Source: Clostridia bacterium
GTDB taxonomy: Bacteria; Bacillota; Clostridia; RGIG8785
DNA: 64,000 bases
Assembly (NCBI GenBank): GCA_045655245.1
Contig: JAZOOX010000014.1
Coordinates: 5,056 to 69,055 of the forward strand
Direction: 5' to 3'
Each line of letters begins with the position of its first letter. The first letter of the stretch is position 1. The translations under genes and the position numbers were made by a program. Below, one piece after another: positions 1 to 8,763 of the stretch. The notes below the pieces were generated by a model that saw nothing but the letters and a program-made list of their open reading frames with translations, was not told the origin of the DNA and searched no databases.

Positions 1-9
1 AATTGAGTT

Positions 10-408
10 ATGGCTAAAGCAATGGCAAAGAAAACCACCCGCAAACGTCGTGAACGGAAGAACATTGAACGCGGCGCGGCTCATATCCGTTCTTCCTTCA
101 ACAACACGATTGTTACCATTACTGACGTAGCAGGTAATGCAATTTCTTGGGCATCCGCCGGCGGCTTGGGCTTCCGCGGCTCGAGAAAGAGCACTCCTTT
201 CGCAGCTCAGACTGCTGCTGAAACGGCTGCAAATGCAGCGAAGGAACACGGCTTAAAGTCGGTTGAGGTCTATGTAAAGGGCCCCGGTGCCGGTCGTGAA
301 GCCGCTATTCGTGCGCTGCAGGCCGCAGGTCTGGAAGTTACCCTGATCAAGGACGTAACCCCCATTCCCCACAACGGCTGCCGCCCGCCCAAGAGAAGAA
401 GAGTTTGA
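10..408 (+). CDS. rpsK: 30S ribosomal protein S11
   Basis: Translation [22 protein letters not shown]... with conserved S11 core; lies in rpsK-rpsD-rpoA-rplQ order typical of the alpha operon. Confidence 0.95.
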   Translation: MAKAMAKKTTRKRRERKNIERGAAHIRSSFNNTIVTITDVAGNAISWASAGGLGFRGSRKSTPFAAQTAAETAANAAKEHGLKSVEVYVKGPGAGREAAIRALQAAGLEVTLIKDVTPIPHNGCRPPKRRRV

Positions 409-430
409 GTTATCAGGAGGTGCATAGATA

Positions 431-1063
431 ATGGCAAGATATACTGGTGCAGTTTGCAGACTCTGCCGCCGCGAAGGACAGAAGCTGTTCTTGAAAGGCG
501 AAAGATGCTATACTACCAAATGCCCCATGGGCGAAAAGAAACGTCCTTACGCTCCCGGTCAGCACGGTCAGGGTCGTAAGAAGATGTCCGAATATGCTCT
601 GCAGCTTCGTGAGAAGCAGAAGGCAAAGCGTTTCTACGGCATCTTAGAGAAGCAGTTTGAATCTTACTTTGAGAAGGCCAACAAAATGTCCGGCATTACC
701 GGTGAGAACTTACTGCAGATTTTAGAGAGCCGTCTGGACAACGTTGCTTACCGTTTGGGTTTTGCAACTTCCAGAGCAGAGGCACGTCAGCTGGTTCTGC
801 ACGGTCATTTTACCGTTAACGGCAAGCGCGTAAACATCCCCTCTTACCTGGTTAAGGCAGGCGATGTTATCGCTGTTTGCGAGAAGAGCAGAAGTTCCTC
901 TAAGATGAAGGCTGTTTTAGAGATTACTGCCGGTCGCGTTATTCCCAAGTGGCTGGATCTGAACCGCGATACCTTAACCGGTAAAGTTGTTACCCTGGCT
1001 GCTCGTGAAGATATCGACCTTGAGGTTGAGGAGCACTTGATCGTCGAGTTGTACTCCAAATAA
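431..1063 (+). CDS. rpsD: 30S ribosomal protein S4
   Basis: N-terminal Cys cluster (CRLCRREG...CPMGEKK) and S4 RNA-binding domain; RBS AGGAGGTG 11-18 nt upstream of ATG 431. Confidence 0.95.
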   Translation: MARYTGAVCRLCRREGQKLFLKGERCYTTKCPMGEKKRPYAPGQHGQGRKKMSEYALQLREKQKAKRFYGILEKQFESYFEKANKMSGITGENLLQILESRLDNVAYRLGFATSRAEARQLVLHGHFTVNGKRVNIPSYLVKAGDVIAVCEKSRSSSKMKAVLEITAGRVIPKWLDLNRDTLTGKVVTLAAREDIDLEVEEHLIVELYSK

Positions 1064-1106
1064 TTAGCGTTTCATTTTGAAACTGAACCGAAGGAGGGTT
1101 ATCTCT

Positions 1107-2057
1107 ATGATAGAAATCGAAAAGCCGAGAGTAGAGTGTGTCGAGATTTCAGAGGATCATCGTTACGGCAAGTTTGTTGTTGAGCCGCTGGAACGCGGTT
1201 ACGGCACGACTTTGGGCAACTCTTTGCGCAGAATTCTGCTGTCTTCGTTGCCCGGCGCTGCGGCGACCTCCGTTAAAATTGACGGTGTATTGCACGAGAT
1301 GTCCACCATCCCCGGTGTTAAGGAAGACGTTACCGAAATCATCTTGAATATCAAGAAGCTGGCAGTAAAACTGCATTGTGACGAGCCCAAGACCGTGCTG
1401 ATTGAAGCAGAGGGCGCAGGCGAAATCAAGGCTTCGGATATCAAGATTGACTCGGATGTGGAAATCATCAACGGTGACTTGCACATTGCAACCTTAAACG
1501 AGGATGCAAAACTGTACATGGAAATCACCTTGGATAAGGGTCGCGGATACGTTTCCTCCGACCGCAACAAGGAGAAGTGTCAGAACATCATCGGCCTGAT
1601 TCCCGTCGATTCCATTTACACGCCGGTACAGAAGTTCAACTATACCGTCGAGAACACCCGCGTCGGTCAGATTACCGACTATGATATGCTGACCATCGAG
1701 CTGTGGACCAACGGTACCATCGAGCCTGATGATGCAGTAAGTCTGGGTGCCAAGATTATGAGTGAGCACTTAAAACTCTTTATCGACCTGTCCGACAACG
1801 CTAAGACTGCCGAAATTATGGTTGAGAAGGAAGAAGTTAAGAAAGAAAAGGTTCTTGAGATGACCATTGAAGAACTCGACCTTTCTGTCCGCTCGTATAA
1901 CTGCTTAAAGCGTGCAGGCATCAACACTGTTGAAGACCTGACCCGCAAGACCGAGGACGATATGATGAAGGTCAGAAACCTTGGCCGTAAATCGTTGGAT
2001 GAGGTTATCAACAAACTCGACAGTTTAGGCCTCGCCCTGTCCGCAGAAGAAGAATAA
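1107..2057 (+). CDS. rpoA: DNA-directed RNA polymerase alpha subunit
   Basis: Alpha NTD and CTD (helix-hairpin-helix region ...[19 protein letters not shown]...). Listed ORF starts at TTG 1077, but RBS AAGGAGGG (1091-1098) lies inside it, so ATG 1107 (MIEIEKP) is taken as the start. Confidence 0.95.
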   Translation: MIEIEKPRVECVEISEDHRYGKFVVEPLERGYGTTLGNSLRRILLSSLPGAAATSVKIDGVLHEMSTIPGVKEDVTEIILNIKKLAVKLHCDEPKTVLIEAEGAGEIKASDIKIDSDVEIINGDLHIATLNEDAKLYMEITLDKGRGYVSSDRNKEKCQNIIGLIPVDSIYTPVQKFNYTVENTRVGQITDYDMLTIELWTNGTIEPDDAVSLGAKIMSEHLKLFIDLSDNAKTAEIMVEKEEVKKEKVLEMTIEELDLSVRSYNCLKRAGINTVEDLTRKTEDDMMKVRNLGRKSLDEVINKLDSLGLALSAEEE

Positions 2058-2070
2058 GGAGGGATATTAG

Positions 2071-2412
2071 ATGCCGCAAGAACGCAAACTGGGTCGTGCG
2101 ACCAGTCACAGAATCGCAATGTTAAGAACGCTGACGACCTTCCTCTTAGAAAAGGGTAGAATCGAAACCACCGTTACCCGCGCTAAGGAAACTCAGGCTA
2201 TGGCAGAGAAGATGATTACGTTGGCTAAAACCAATACTCTGCATACCAGACGTCAGGCTTTGGCATTTATTACCAAGGAGGATGTCGTTAAGAAGTTGTT
2301 TGACGAAATCGCTCCCAAGTATGCCGATCGTCAGGGCGGTTACACCCGTATTATTAAGGTTGGACCCCGCCGCGGTGACGCCGCTGAAGTGGCCATCATC
2401 GAACTGGTATAA
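2071..2412 (+). CDS. rplQ: 50S ribosomal protein L17
   Basis: 113-aa basic protein, conserved L17 pattern, directly downstream of rpoA with RBS AAGGAGGG. Confidence 0.95.
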   Translation: MPQERKLGRATSHRIAMLRTLTTFLLEKGRIETTVTRAKETQAMAEKMITLAKTNTLHTRRQALAFITKEDVVKKLFDEIAPKYADRQGGYTRIIKVGPRRGDAAEVAIIELV

Positions 2413-2430
2413 GGAAAGGAGTTCTGAAAC

Positions 2431-2694
2431 ATGCCGAACATTAAATCCGCTAAAAAGCGTGTAAAGGTTATTAAGACCAAGACGATGCGCAACAAGATGG
2501 TTAAGACTAACGTCAAGACTACCATCAAGAATTTTGAAGCCGCTGTTACCGCCGGTGACAAAGCGAAGGCTGCTGAAGCTTTGGCTGCAGGCTACAAGCG
2601 CATCGACCAGGCTGCTGCTAAGGGTATTCTGAACAAGAACCTGGCTGCAAGAAAGAAATCTCAGCTGGCAAAAGCCTACGCTAAGATGGCGTAA
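2431..2694 (+). CDS. rpsT: 30S ribosomal protein S20
   Basis: 87-aa Lys/Ala-rich protein MPNIKSAKKRVKV..., classic S20 N-terminus; followed by tandem rho-independent terminators. Confidence 0.85.
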   Translation: MPNIKSAKKRVKVIKTKTMRNKMVKTNVKTTIKNFEAAVTAGDKAKAAEALAAGYKRIDQAAAKGILNKNLAARKKSQLAKAYAKMA

Positions 2695-2703
2695 AACAAA
2701 AAA

Positions 2704-2737
2704 GCAAACCACCCGAACAGGGTGGTTTCTTTTTTTA
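2704..2737 (+). terminator. rho-independent terminator after rpsT
   Basis: Hairpin AAACCACCCGAACAGGGTGGTTT followed by a T8 run. Confidence 0.85.
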
Positions 2738-2758
2738 GTGAGTAGTGGTTAGTGAAGG

Positions 2759-2787
2759 AAGAAACCTTGCCGGGGTTCTTTTTTTGT
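2759..2787 (+). terminator. second, weaker terminator hairpin
   Basis: GAAACCTTGCCGGGGTTC stem-loop followed by T8. Confidence 0.6.
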
Positions 2788-2871
2788 GGAGAGATTTCCC
2801 TTAAAGTGTGGAGAGGTGGCATTTTACGTTTGGTTCATAAAAATTAATCAAACGCAAAAAGGAGGGGGCGG

Positions 2872-2895
2872 TTTAGTTAACAAAAGTTAACCAAA
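2872..2895. repeat. 24-bp palindrome, copy 1 (TTTAGTTAAC-AAAA-GTTAACCAAA, one mismatch)
   Basis: Inverted repeat with 10-bp arms around an AAAA centre; three copies in the window. Confidence 0.8.
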
Positions 2896-2917
2896 CAGAA
2901 AAAGGCGTGAGACGCGA

Positions 2918-2941
2918 TTTGGTTAACAAAAGTTAACCAAA
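2918..2941. repeat. 24-bp perfect palindrome, copy 2 (TTTGGTTAAC-AAAA-GTTAACCAAA)
   Basis: Perfect 10-bp inverted arms; 46 bp from copy 1, about 60 bp upstream of the cysK -35. Confidence 0.85.
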
Positions 2942-2998
2942 TGAGCGGCGGCAAAAGGGGGTAATGAGCGGAGTTACAAACGGAATCCCTGCTTTCTA

Positions 2999-3027
2999 TT
3001 GACAAATGGTCAGGAAATACATATAAT
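2999..3027 (+). promoter_or_regulatory. sigma-A type promoter of cysK
   Basis: TTGACA (2999-3004), 17-bp spacer, TATAAT (3022-3027): perfect consensus. Confidence 0.8.
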
Positions 3028-3062
3028 TGAAAAAGGCTACAATTTATAAACGAGGTAATTAT

Positions 3063-3992
3063 ATGGTATTTGATAATATTCTGGAAGCCATTGGGAACAC
3101 CCCTATGGTACGCCTGCGTAAATTGTCCCCTGCAGACGGTGCGGACATTTTTGTTAAGGTGGAAGGTCTAAACGTAGGTGGTTCGATTAAAACGCGGACG
3201 GCTTACAATATGATTAAAACTGCTGAATTGGAAGGAAAGCTGACTTCCGACACCATTATTGTTGAGCCAACCAGCGGCAACCAAGGCATTGGTCTGGCAC
3301 TGGTCGGTGCAGTTTTGGGTTATCAGACCAAAATCATTATGCCCGACTCAGTTAGTGAGGAACGTCGCTTATTGGTCCGCCACTACGGGGCGGAGGTCAT
3401 TTTGGTCCACGATGCGGGAAATATCGGTGAGTGTATTGACGAGTGCTTGCGCATCGCTTTGCAGATGGCAAAAGACGACCCGCGGGTATTCGTTCCACAA
3501 CAATTTGAAAACCCCGCCAACCCCCAAATCCAGCGGGAACAGACTGCCGAAGAAATTTTGGCCCAGGTGGACGGTCCCATTCATGGATTTTGCTCGGGCA
3601 TCGGCACCGGCGGCACCATTACGGGCATTGGCGAACGATTAAAAGCCAAGAACGAAGGTATGGTCATCTGGGCGGTAGAGCCTGAAAATGCCGCTATTTT
3701 GTCGGGCGGGTCGATTGGCACCCACGTACAGATGGGCATTGGTGACGGCATCATCCCCTGTATCTTGAACCAGAGCATCATTGACGACATCTGCATCATC
3801 AAGGATGAAGAAGCCATTCAGATATCAAAAGACCTTGCCGCAAAAGAGGGGATCATGTGCGGCATTTCCAGCGGCACGAATGTTGCCGCCGCCATCAAGC
3901 TGGCGAAAAAACTGGGGAAGGGAAAGACGGTGGTCACCGTCCTGCCCGATACCGCCGAACGGTATTTCTCCACGCCCTTGTTTAACGACTAA
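3063..3992 (+). CDS. cysK: cysteine synthase A (O-acetylserine sulfhydrylase)
   Basis: PLP-dependent CysK family sequence; the TTG start of the listed ORF (3027) overlaps the -10 box, so ATG 3063 (MVFDNILEAIGNTPM) is used. Confidence 0.9.
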   Translation: MVFDNILEAIGNTPMVRLRKLSPADGADIFVKVEGLNVGGSIKTRTAYNMIKTAELEGKLTSDTIIVEPTSGNQGIGLALVGAVLGYQTKIIMPDSVSEERRLLVRHYGAEVILVHDAGNIGECIDECLRIALQMAKDDPRVFVPQQFENPANPQIQREQTAEEILAQVDGPIHGFCSGIGTGGTITGIGERLKAKNEGMVIWAVEPENAAILSGGSIGTHVQMGIGDGIIPCILNQSIIDDICIIKDEEAIQISKDLAAKEGIMCGISSGTNVAAAIKLAKKLGKGKTVVTVLPDTAERYFSTPLFND

Positions 3993-3998
3993 ATACAA

Positions 3999-4029
3999 AA
4001 GAAACTCGCTTTGCGGGTTTCTTTTTTTA
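3999..4029 (+). terminator. rho-independent terminator after cysK
   Basis: GAAACTCGCTTTGCGGGTTTC hairpin followed by T7. Confidence 0.8.
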
Positions 4030-4064
4030 TTGCAACGGAGGGGGTTTTGTGGTAAAATAATCAT

Positions 4065-4778
4065 ATGATTTATAAAAATATTCTACTTGGGCGGTTTATT
4101 GACCGCCCCAACCGATTTATTGCGCATATCGAGGTGGAAGGGCAGGTCGAGGTCTGCCACGTAAAGAACACGGGTCGTTGTCGGGAATTATTGACAGAAG
4201 GCGCGACCGTGTACGTTCAACGCGCTCAGAACCCCTTGCGCAAAACCAAGTTTGACCTGATTGCGGTAAAGAAGGGCAGTCGGCTAATCAATATGGACAG
4301 CCAGATTCCCAACCGTGTCTTTGCCGAGTGGGCGGAAGAAAGTGGCTACTTCGGCGAGGTGACATTGCGCCCCGAGACGACCTATCAGAATTCCCGTTTT
4401 GACTTTTATATCGAAGCAGGGAAACGGAAAATCTTTGTAGAGGTCAAGGGTGTGACCCTGGAAGAGGAGGGTGTGGTGCTCTTCCCCGATGCGCCTACCG
4501 AGCGTGGGGTCAAGCACCTGAACGAACTGGTTTCTGCCGTGTCCGAAGGGTACGAGGCGTACGTCTTTTTTATCATTCAAATGGAGGAATGCCGCTACTT
4601 CACCCCCAATCGCAAGACCCATCCCGCTTTTGCCGATGCACTTATAAAGGCACAGGCGGCAGGAGTCAAGGTCCTTGCGTTGAATTGTGCCGTCACCCCC
4701 GACAGCATCACGGCAAAAGATTTTGTGGAAATAAAAACAGGAGACGAATCGAATGGCACACATTTTTGCATCAATTAA
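4065..4778 (+). CDS. sfsA: sugar fermentation stimulation protein A family protein
   Basis: 237-aa protein with SfsA-like N-terminus (GRFIDRPNRF...) and conserved core. Confidence 0.8.
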   Translation: MIYKNILLGRFIDRPNRFIAHIEVEGQVEVCHVKNTGRCRELLTEGATVYVQRAQNPLRKTKFDLIAVKKGSRLINMDSQIPNRVFAEWAEESGYFGEVTLRPETTYQNSRFDFYIEAGKRKIFVEVKGVTLEEEGVVLFPDAPTERGVKHLNELVSAVSEGYEAYVFFIIQMEECRYFTPNRKTHPAFADALIKAQAAGVKVLALNCAVTPDSITAKDFVEIKTGDESNGTHFCIN

Positions 4779-6282
4779 AGAGTCGCTAACCTCGGTTTTG
4801 CCGATTGCGATTATCGTTTTAATTTTGTCGGTCACCTGCGTATCCTTGGATGCAGGTGTTTTGGTGCTGTTTTTATTCGGAACCATCTTATTGATTTTAG
4901 GGATGAGCTTTTTTACGGTAGGGTCGACCATTTCGATGGAGCCGTTGGGTGATGGTATCGGTAAATCACTGAACAAAAACGGGAAGATCCTGGTTCCGCT
5001 GTTGATTTGTTTTGTTCTTGGCTTTTTAATCACTGTGTCCGAGCCTGATCTGCAGGTGTTGGCAGAGCAGGTGCCCACTATTCCAAACGCCCTTTTGATT
5101 GTCTGTGTGGGCGTGGGGGTCGGCATTTTCTTAAGCATCACCCTGGTCCGAAACAAAAAGGAGGTTTCGCTGCGAACACTGCTTTTGGTGTTTTATATTT
5201 TGATTATCGGGTTGGCGTTTTTTGCTCCCGCTGAGTTTGTTCCCACTGCCTTTGACTCGGGCGGGGTGACCACCGGCCCGATCACTGTCCCCTTTATTAT
5301 GGCGCTGGGTGCAGGTCTTGCATCGGGGATGAAGAGGAAGCACACGGGTGAGCATAGTTTCGGTCTGGTTGCTTTGTGCAGTATCGGACCGATTTTGTCG
5401 GTACTGCTTTTAAGCATTTTCTTTCAGCCACACCCCAGTACCTCGTTGTACGAGCATATTGAGGTGTTGACCACCACCGACGCCTTCCGTCAGTTTTTGA
5501 TTGCTTTGCCCCATTATGCAGAAGAAATGCTGACGGCATTTTTACCCATCGTCGGGCTGTTTGTTTTGTTCCAGTTGATTACCCGACGGTTTCACACCCA
5601 CAATGTATTAAGAATGACGGTCGGTTTTGTTTATACCTATATCGGTTTGGTTTTGTTTTTAACGGGTGCCAATGTTGGGTTTATGCCTGCAGGACGGCTG
5701 ATTGGCGGGTCAATCGCAGGGAGTTCTTTCAGCGCGATGTTGATTCCAATTGGTATGGTGATGGGTTATTTCGTAGTTTCTGCCGAGCCTGCGGTCCACT
5801 CTTTAAAACGCCAGGTCAGCGAAATTACCAAGGGTGCAATTTCGCAAAAATCGGTTGCAGTTGCCCTTTCGGTTGGTGTATCGGTATCGGTGGGGATTTC
5901 GATGCTTCGGGTACTGACGGGGATTTCTGTGATGCCTTTTTTACTGTTTGGCTACGCCGTGTCTCTGATCATCAGTTTCTTTGTTCCCCATATTTATACG
6001 GGTATCGCGTTTGACTCGGGCGGTGTTGCCAGCGGTCCCATGAGCTCGCCCTTTATGCTGCCCTTTGCTATGGGCGCTTGTGAAGCCGTCGGCGGAAACG
6101 TAATGACCGACGCTTTCGGCATTGTGGCGATGATTGCTATGACGCCGTTGATTACCATTCAGGTCTTAGGGTTGTACGAACGGAAAAAGCATTTGGAACG
6201 CATCAAAAAACTCCATACTCAAATCGGTATGGTCAAAGACGATATTATTTTCTTTGACGGAGAGGGGGATTGGGATGAATAA
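4753..6282 (+). CDS. DUF1538-family polytopic membrane protein (two internal repeats)
   Basis: 509 aa, about 12 predicted TM helices, internal duplication (..FDSGGVTTGPITVPF.. and ..FDSGGVASGPMSSPF..); RBS AGGAGACG before ATG 4753. Confidence 0.7.
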   Translation: MAHIFASIKESLTSVLPIAIIVLILSVTCVSLDAGVLVLFLFGTILLILGMSFFTVGSTISMEPLGDGIGKSLNKNGKILVPLLICFVLGFLITVSEPDLQVLAEQVPTIPNALLIVCVGVGVGIFLSITLVRNKKEVSLRTLLLVFYILIIGLAFFAPAEFVPTAFDSGGVTTGPITVPFIMALGAGLASGMKRKHTGEHSFGLVALCSIGPILSVLLLSIFFQPHPSTSLYEHIEVLTTTDAFRQFLIALPHYAEEMLTAFLPIVGLFVLFQLITRRFHTHNVLRMTVGFVYTYIGLVLFLTGANVGFMPAGRLIGGSIAGSSFSAMLIPIGMVMGYFVVSAEPAVHSLKRQVSEITKGAISQKSVAVALSVGVSVSVGISMLRVLTGISVMPFLLFGYAVSLIISFFVPHIYTGIAFDSGGVASGPMSSPFMLPFAMGACEAVGGNVMTDAFGIVAMIAMTPLITIQVLGLYERKKHLERIKKLHTQIGMVKDDIIFFDGEGDWDE

Positions 6283-6943
6283 ACGGTTAATGGTGCTGTT
6301 GTCCATTGTCGAACGGGACAAAGGGCAGAACCTGATTAAAGTTTTGGAAACCAGAAACATCCCCATGAACTTCCAATGTGTCGGGATTGGCACTGCCCCC
6401 ACCGAGATGCTGGATATCTTCGGTTTGGGTACCAAGGATAAGGACATTGTTATCAGTCTTGCTACCGAGGTGGCGGTGAAGGATATGATGTCCGATTTCG
6501 GGGCAGTTTTTGAAAGCCATAAGAAGTTCGGCGGGTTGATGATTATTTTGTCCACCACCGCCGCAAGCCGCGTGCTGACAGAGTTGTTAACCCACCACAC
6601 CAACACCCCAGGGGAGAAAGGAACAGGCGCTATGAAAAACGAACATCATAACAATCTGATTATTGTTTCGATGAATGAAGGATACGCCGATAGTGTTATG
6701 CAGGTTGCGCGAAAGGCAGGTGCAACGGGGGGCACCGTTATTAAAGGTCGTCTTGCCGATGTAGAGCTGGTTGCGGAATTGGAGAATACGGTGATTGACG
6801 AGGAAAGGGAGATTTTGTTCATCCTTGCGCCTTTAAAGACAAGCAAGCAGATTATGGAGGACATCAACCGGGAGTTTGGGATTAACTCCAAAGCCAACGG
6901 CATCATCACGGCGGTGCCTACCGAAAAAGCGTATAAAATTTGA
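6275..6943 (+). CDS. tandem P-II-like (GlnB-like) domain protein
   Basis: Two P-II-like halves; ATG 6275 preceded by RBS GAGGGGGATTGGG; classic partner of DUF1538 membrane proteins. Confidence 0.7.
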   Translation: MNKRLMVLLSIVERDKGQNLIKVLETRNIPMNFQCVGIGTAPTEMLDIFGLGTKDKDIVISLATEVAVKDMMSDFGAVFESHKKFGGLMIILSTTAASRVLTELLTHHTNTPGEKGTGAMKNEHHNNLIIVSMNEGYADSVMQVARKAGATGGTVIKGRLADVELVAELENTVIDEEREILFILAPLKTSKQIMEDINREFGINSKANGIITAVPTEKAYKI

Positions 6944-6969
6944 AAAAGAGCCAGCCGGCTCTTTTTTTG
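6944..6969 (+). terminator. rho-independent terminator
   Basis: AAAAAGAGCCAGCCGGCTCTTTTTTT. Confidence 0.85.
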
Positions 6970-6998
6970 TTGACGACGGAAGAAGAATATGGTACAAT
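6970..6998 (+). promoter_or_regulatory. sigma-A type promoter for sRNA candidate 1
   Basis: TTGACG (6970-6975), 17-bp spacer, TACAAT (6993-6998). Confidence 0.65.
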
Positions 6999-7004
6999 AG
7001 TAAT

Positions 7005-7160
7005 TGCCAAACCAACTGAATAAAACGTAGTAAAAAGTAAGGAAAATAACAGTGAAAAAACGCTGGCTTGTTTCCTTAGTTTTGCTACGGTTAGGTTGGT
7101 TTGGCGATTGACCTGAGCCTGCGTTTTTCGGTGCGCGGCTTTGGTCGCGCACTTTTTTAT
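7005..7160 (+). ncRNA. candidate structured small RNA 1 (long imperfect hairpin plus intrinsic terminator)
   Basis: Nested helices GCCAAACCAAC/GTTGGTTTGGC, CGTAGTAAAA/TTTTGCTACG and TAAGGAAA/TTTCCTTA; ends in the terminator GTGCGCGGCTTTGGTCGCGCAC plus T6; no ORF. Confidence 0.45.
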
Positions 7161-7188
7161 TGACGAAAAAGTGCAACTGTGGTAAAAT
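7160..7188 (+). promoter_or_regulatory. sigma-A type promoter for sRNA candidate 2 / leader
   Basis: TTGACG (7160-7165), 17-bp spacer, TAAAAT (7183-7188). Confidence 0.65.
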
Positions 7189-7194
7189 ATTTTT

Positions 7195-7369
7195 GCGACA
7201 TGAATTTAATAGAGAGTTCGAGTTCAACCTATGGGAGACGTTTACCTTTTGGTAAAAACGTGTCCTCTACTTGAGCGTCCTCCTTAGGGTGAACTCTCTC
7301 TGAATTCGTGTCGCAACGATCAGAGTGACGCGTTTTTCGGTGCGTGGCTTTGGTCGCGCACTTTTTTAT
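7195..7369 (+). ncRNA. candidate structured small RNA 2 or cis-regulatory leader (multi-stem, same terminator as RNA 1)
   Basis: Closing helix GCGACATGAATT/AATTCGTGTCGC, inner helix AGAGAGTTC/GAACTCTCT, further hairpins; terminator GTGCGTGGCTTTGGTCGCGCAC plus T6 directly upstream of the RBS of a 45-aa ORF. Confidence 0.45.
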
Positions 7370-7385
7370 TGGGGGAGGGAGAAAA

Positions 7386-7523
7386 ATGGCAGACTACAAA
7401 AAGTTATACTATCAGTTATTCAACCGTATTACCGACCTGATTGAAGAATTGAAAAAATTTCAGATCGACGCAGAAGAGCAGTTTATGAGCGAAGAGGACG
7501 ACGAGGAAGAGGAAGCCGAATAG
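7386..7523 (+). CDS. hypothetical 45-aa acidic protein (below ORF-track cutoff)
   Basis: RBS GGGGGAGGGAG 5 nt before ATG 7386; MADYKKLYYQLFNRITDLIEELKKFQIDAEEQFMSEEDDEEEEAE; poly-acidic C-terminus. Confidence 0.35.
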   Translation: MADYKKLYYQLFNRITDLIEELKKFQIDAEEQFMSEEDDEEEEAE

Positions 7524-7606
7524 GGCCTCCTCTTTTAATTTGTGGTTGAATTGGGAAAAATGTTTTGGTAGAATAGAATCAAAAGACTTTATGGAGTTGA
7601 TGTAAC

Positions 7607-8596
7607 ATGTATCAAGCAGACGAAAAGCGCTATGAGAGAACCGCGTATCGCCGCTGCGGCAGAAGCGGGTTAAAACTTCCTGCAGTGTCCTTGGGGTTAT
7701 GGCATAATTTTGGCGACACAGGGGACGAGACGATGATGCGACAGATGCTGAAAAAGGCGTTTGATCACGGTATTACCCATTTTGATCTGGCAAACAATTA
7801 CGGTCCCGCGCCGGGCAGTGCCGAGCGGAACTTCGGCAGGATTTTGAAAGAGGAATTTTCGGTTTACCGTGACGAGCTGGTGATCAGCACCAAGGCGGGT
7901 TATTTGATGTGGGACGGCCCTTACGGGGACTTTGGCAGCCGCAAGTACCTGATTGCCAGTTTGGACCAGAGCTTGAAGCGGATGGGTCTGGAGTATGTGG
8001 ACATTTTTTACCACCATCGGATGGACCCCGACACGCCTTTGGAGGAGACGATGGGGGCGTTGGCACAGATTGTTCAGAGCGGCAAGGCTCTTTATGTGGG
8101 GCTGTCCAACTATGACGGGGAGACCATGAAAAAGGCGTCTGACATCTTAACGGAACTCCGTTGTCCTTTTGTGATCAACCAAAACCGTTACTCGATTTTA
8201 GACCGTAGTGCGGAGCAGAGCGGGATTTTATCTGCCGCCGTTCAGGAGGGCAAGGGGATGATCATTTTCAGTCCGCTGGCACAGGGGCTTTTAAGCGGTC
8301 GGTATTTAGACGGAATTCCTGCCGACAGCCGTGTTCGCACCGATGGGCGGTTTTTGAAAGAAGGGATTATCACTCCCGAAAAGGTGGCAATGCTCCGTCA
8401 GCTGTCCGATCTGGCGGCAGAGCGGGGGCAGACGTTGGCGCAGATGGCCCTTGCCTGGGTCTATGCCAAGGAGGGGGTCACCTCGGTTTTAATCGGAGCA
8501 TCGAGACCTGAGCAGATTTTGGAAAACCTAAAGATGCAGGAGAACATCGTCTTTACCGACGAAGAACTCCGCCGCATCGACGAGATTGTGAAATAA
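7607..8596 (+). CDS. aldo/keto reductase family oxidoreductase
   Basis: 329-aa AKR fold signature (..GITHFDLANNYGP..; ..LYVGLSNY..). Confidence 0.85.
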   Translation: MYQADEKRYERTAYRRCGRSGLKLPAVSLGLWHNFGDTGDETMMRQMLKKAFDHGITHFDLANNYGPAPGSAERNFGRILKEEFSVYRDELVISTKAGYLMWDGPYGDFGSRKYLIASLDQSLKRMGLEYVDIFYHHRMDPDTPLEETMGALAQIVQSGKALYVGLSNYDGETMKKASDILTELRCPFVINQNRYSILDRSAEQSGILSAAVQEGKGMIIFSPLAQGLLSGRYLDGIPADSRVRTDGRFLKEGIITPEKVAMLRQLSDLAAERGQTLAQMALAWVYAKEGVTSVLIGASRPEQILENLKMQENIVFTDEELRRIDEIVK

Positions 8597-8763
8597 AGAA
8601 AAGGCTTTCCGTTTCGTAAGTATTGCCATAATGATTTTCCTTTTGTATGATTTAGTATATCTCGTATTTTGACGAATGTTGTTGGTTTTTTGACGGTGCT
8701 CCTATTGATTTTTGGGAAAAAGTGTGTTAAAATGAGAGAAATTGTTTAAAGGAGATTTACTTA

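Noticed and set aside
1679-2712. Long minus-strand ORFs (146 and 188 aa) overlapping rpoA, rplQ and rpsT
   Set aside because: Antisense shadow frames of highly conserved ribosomal/RNAP genes; no RBS, and compositionally odd (Ser/Leu-rich).
4284-5156. 290-aa minus-strand ORF antisense to sfsA and the DUF1538 gene
   Set aside because: Lies entirely inside two well-supported plus-strand genes; a typical GC-rich shadow ORF.
7005-7160. Assigning sRNA candidate 1 to a named family (6S RNA or small SRP RNA)
   Set aside because: The long-hairpin architecture is compatible with several families, but I could not find the SRP domain IV GGAA/AGCAG motif or a convincing 6S central bubble by eye. It is left as an unnamed candidate.
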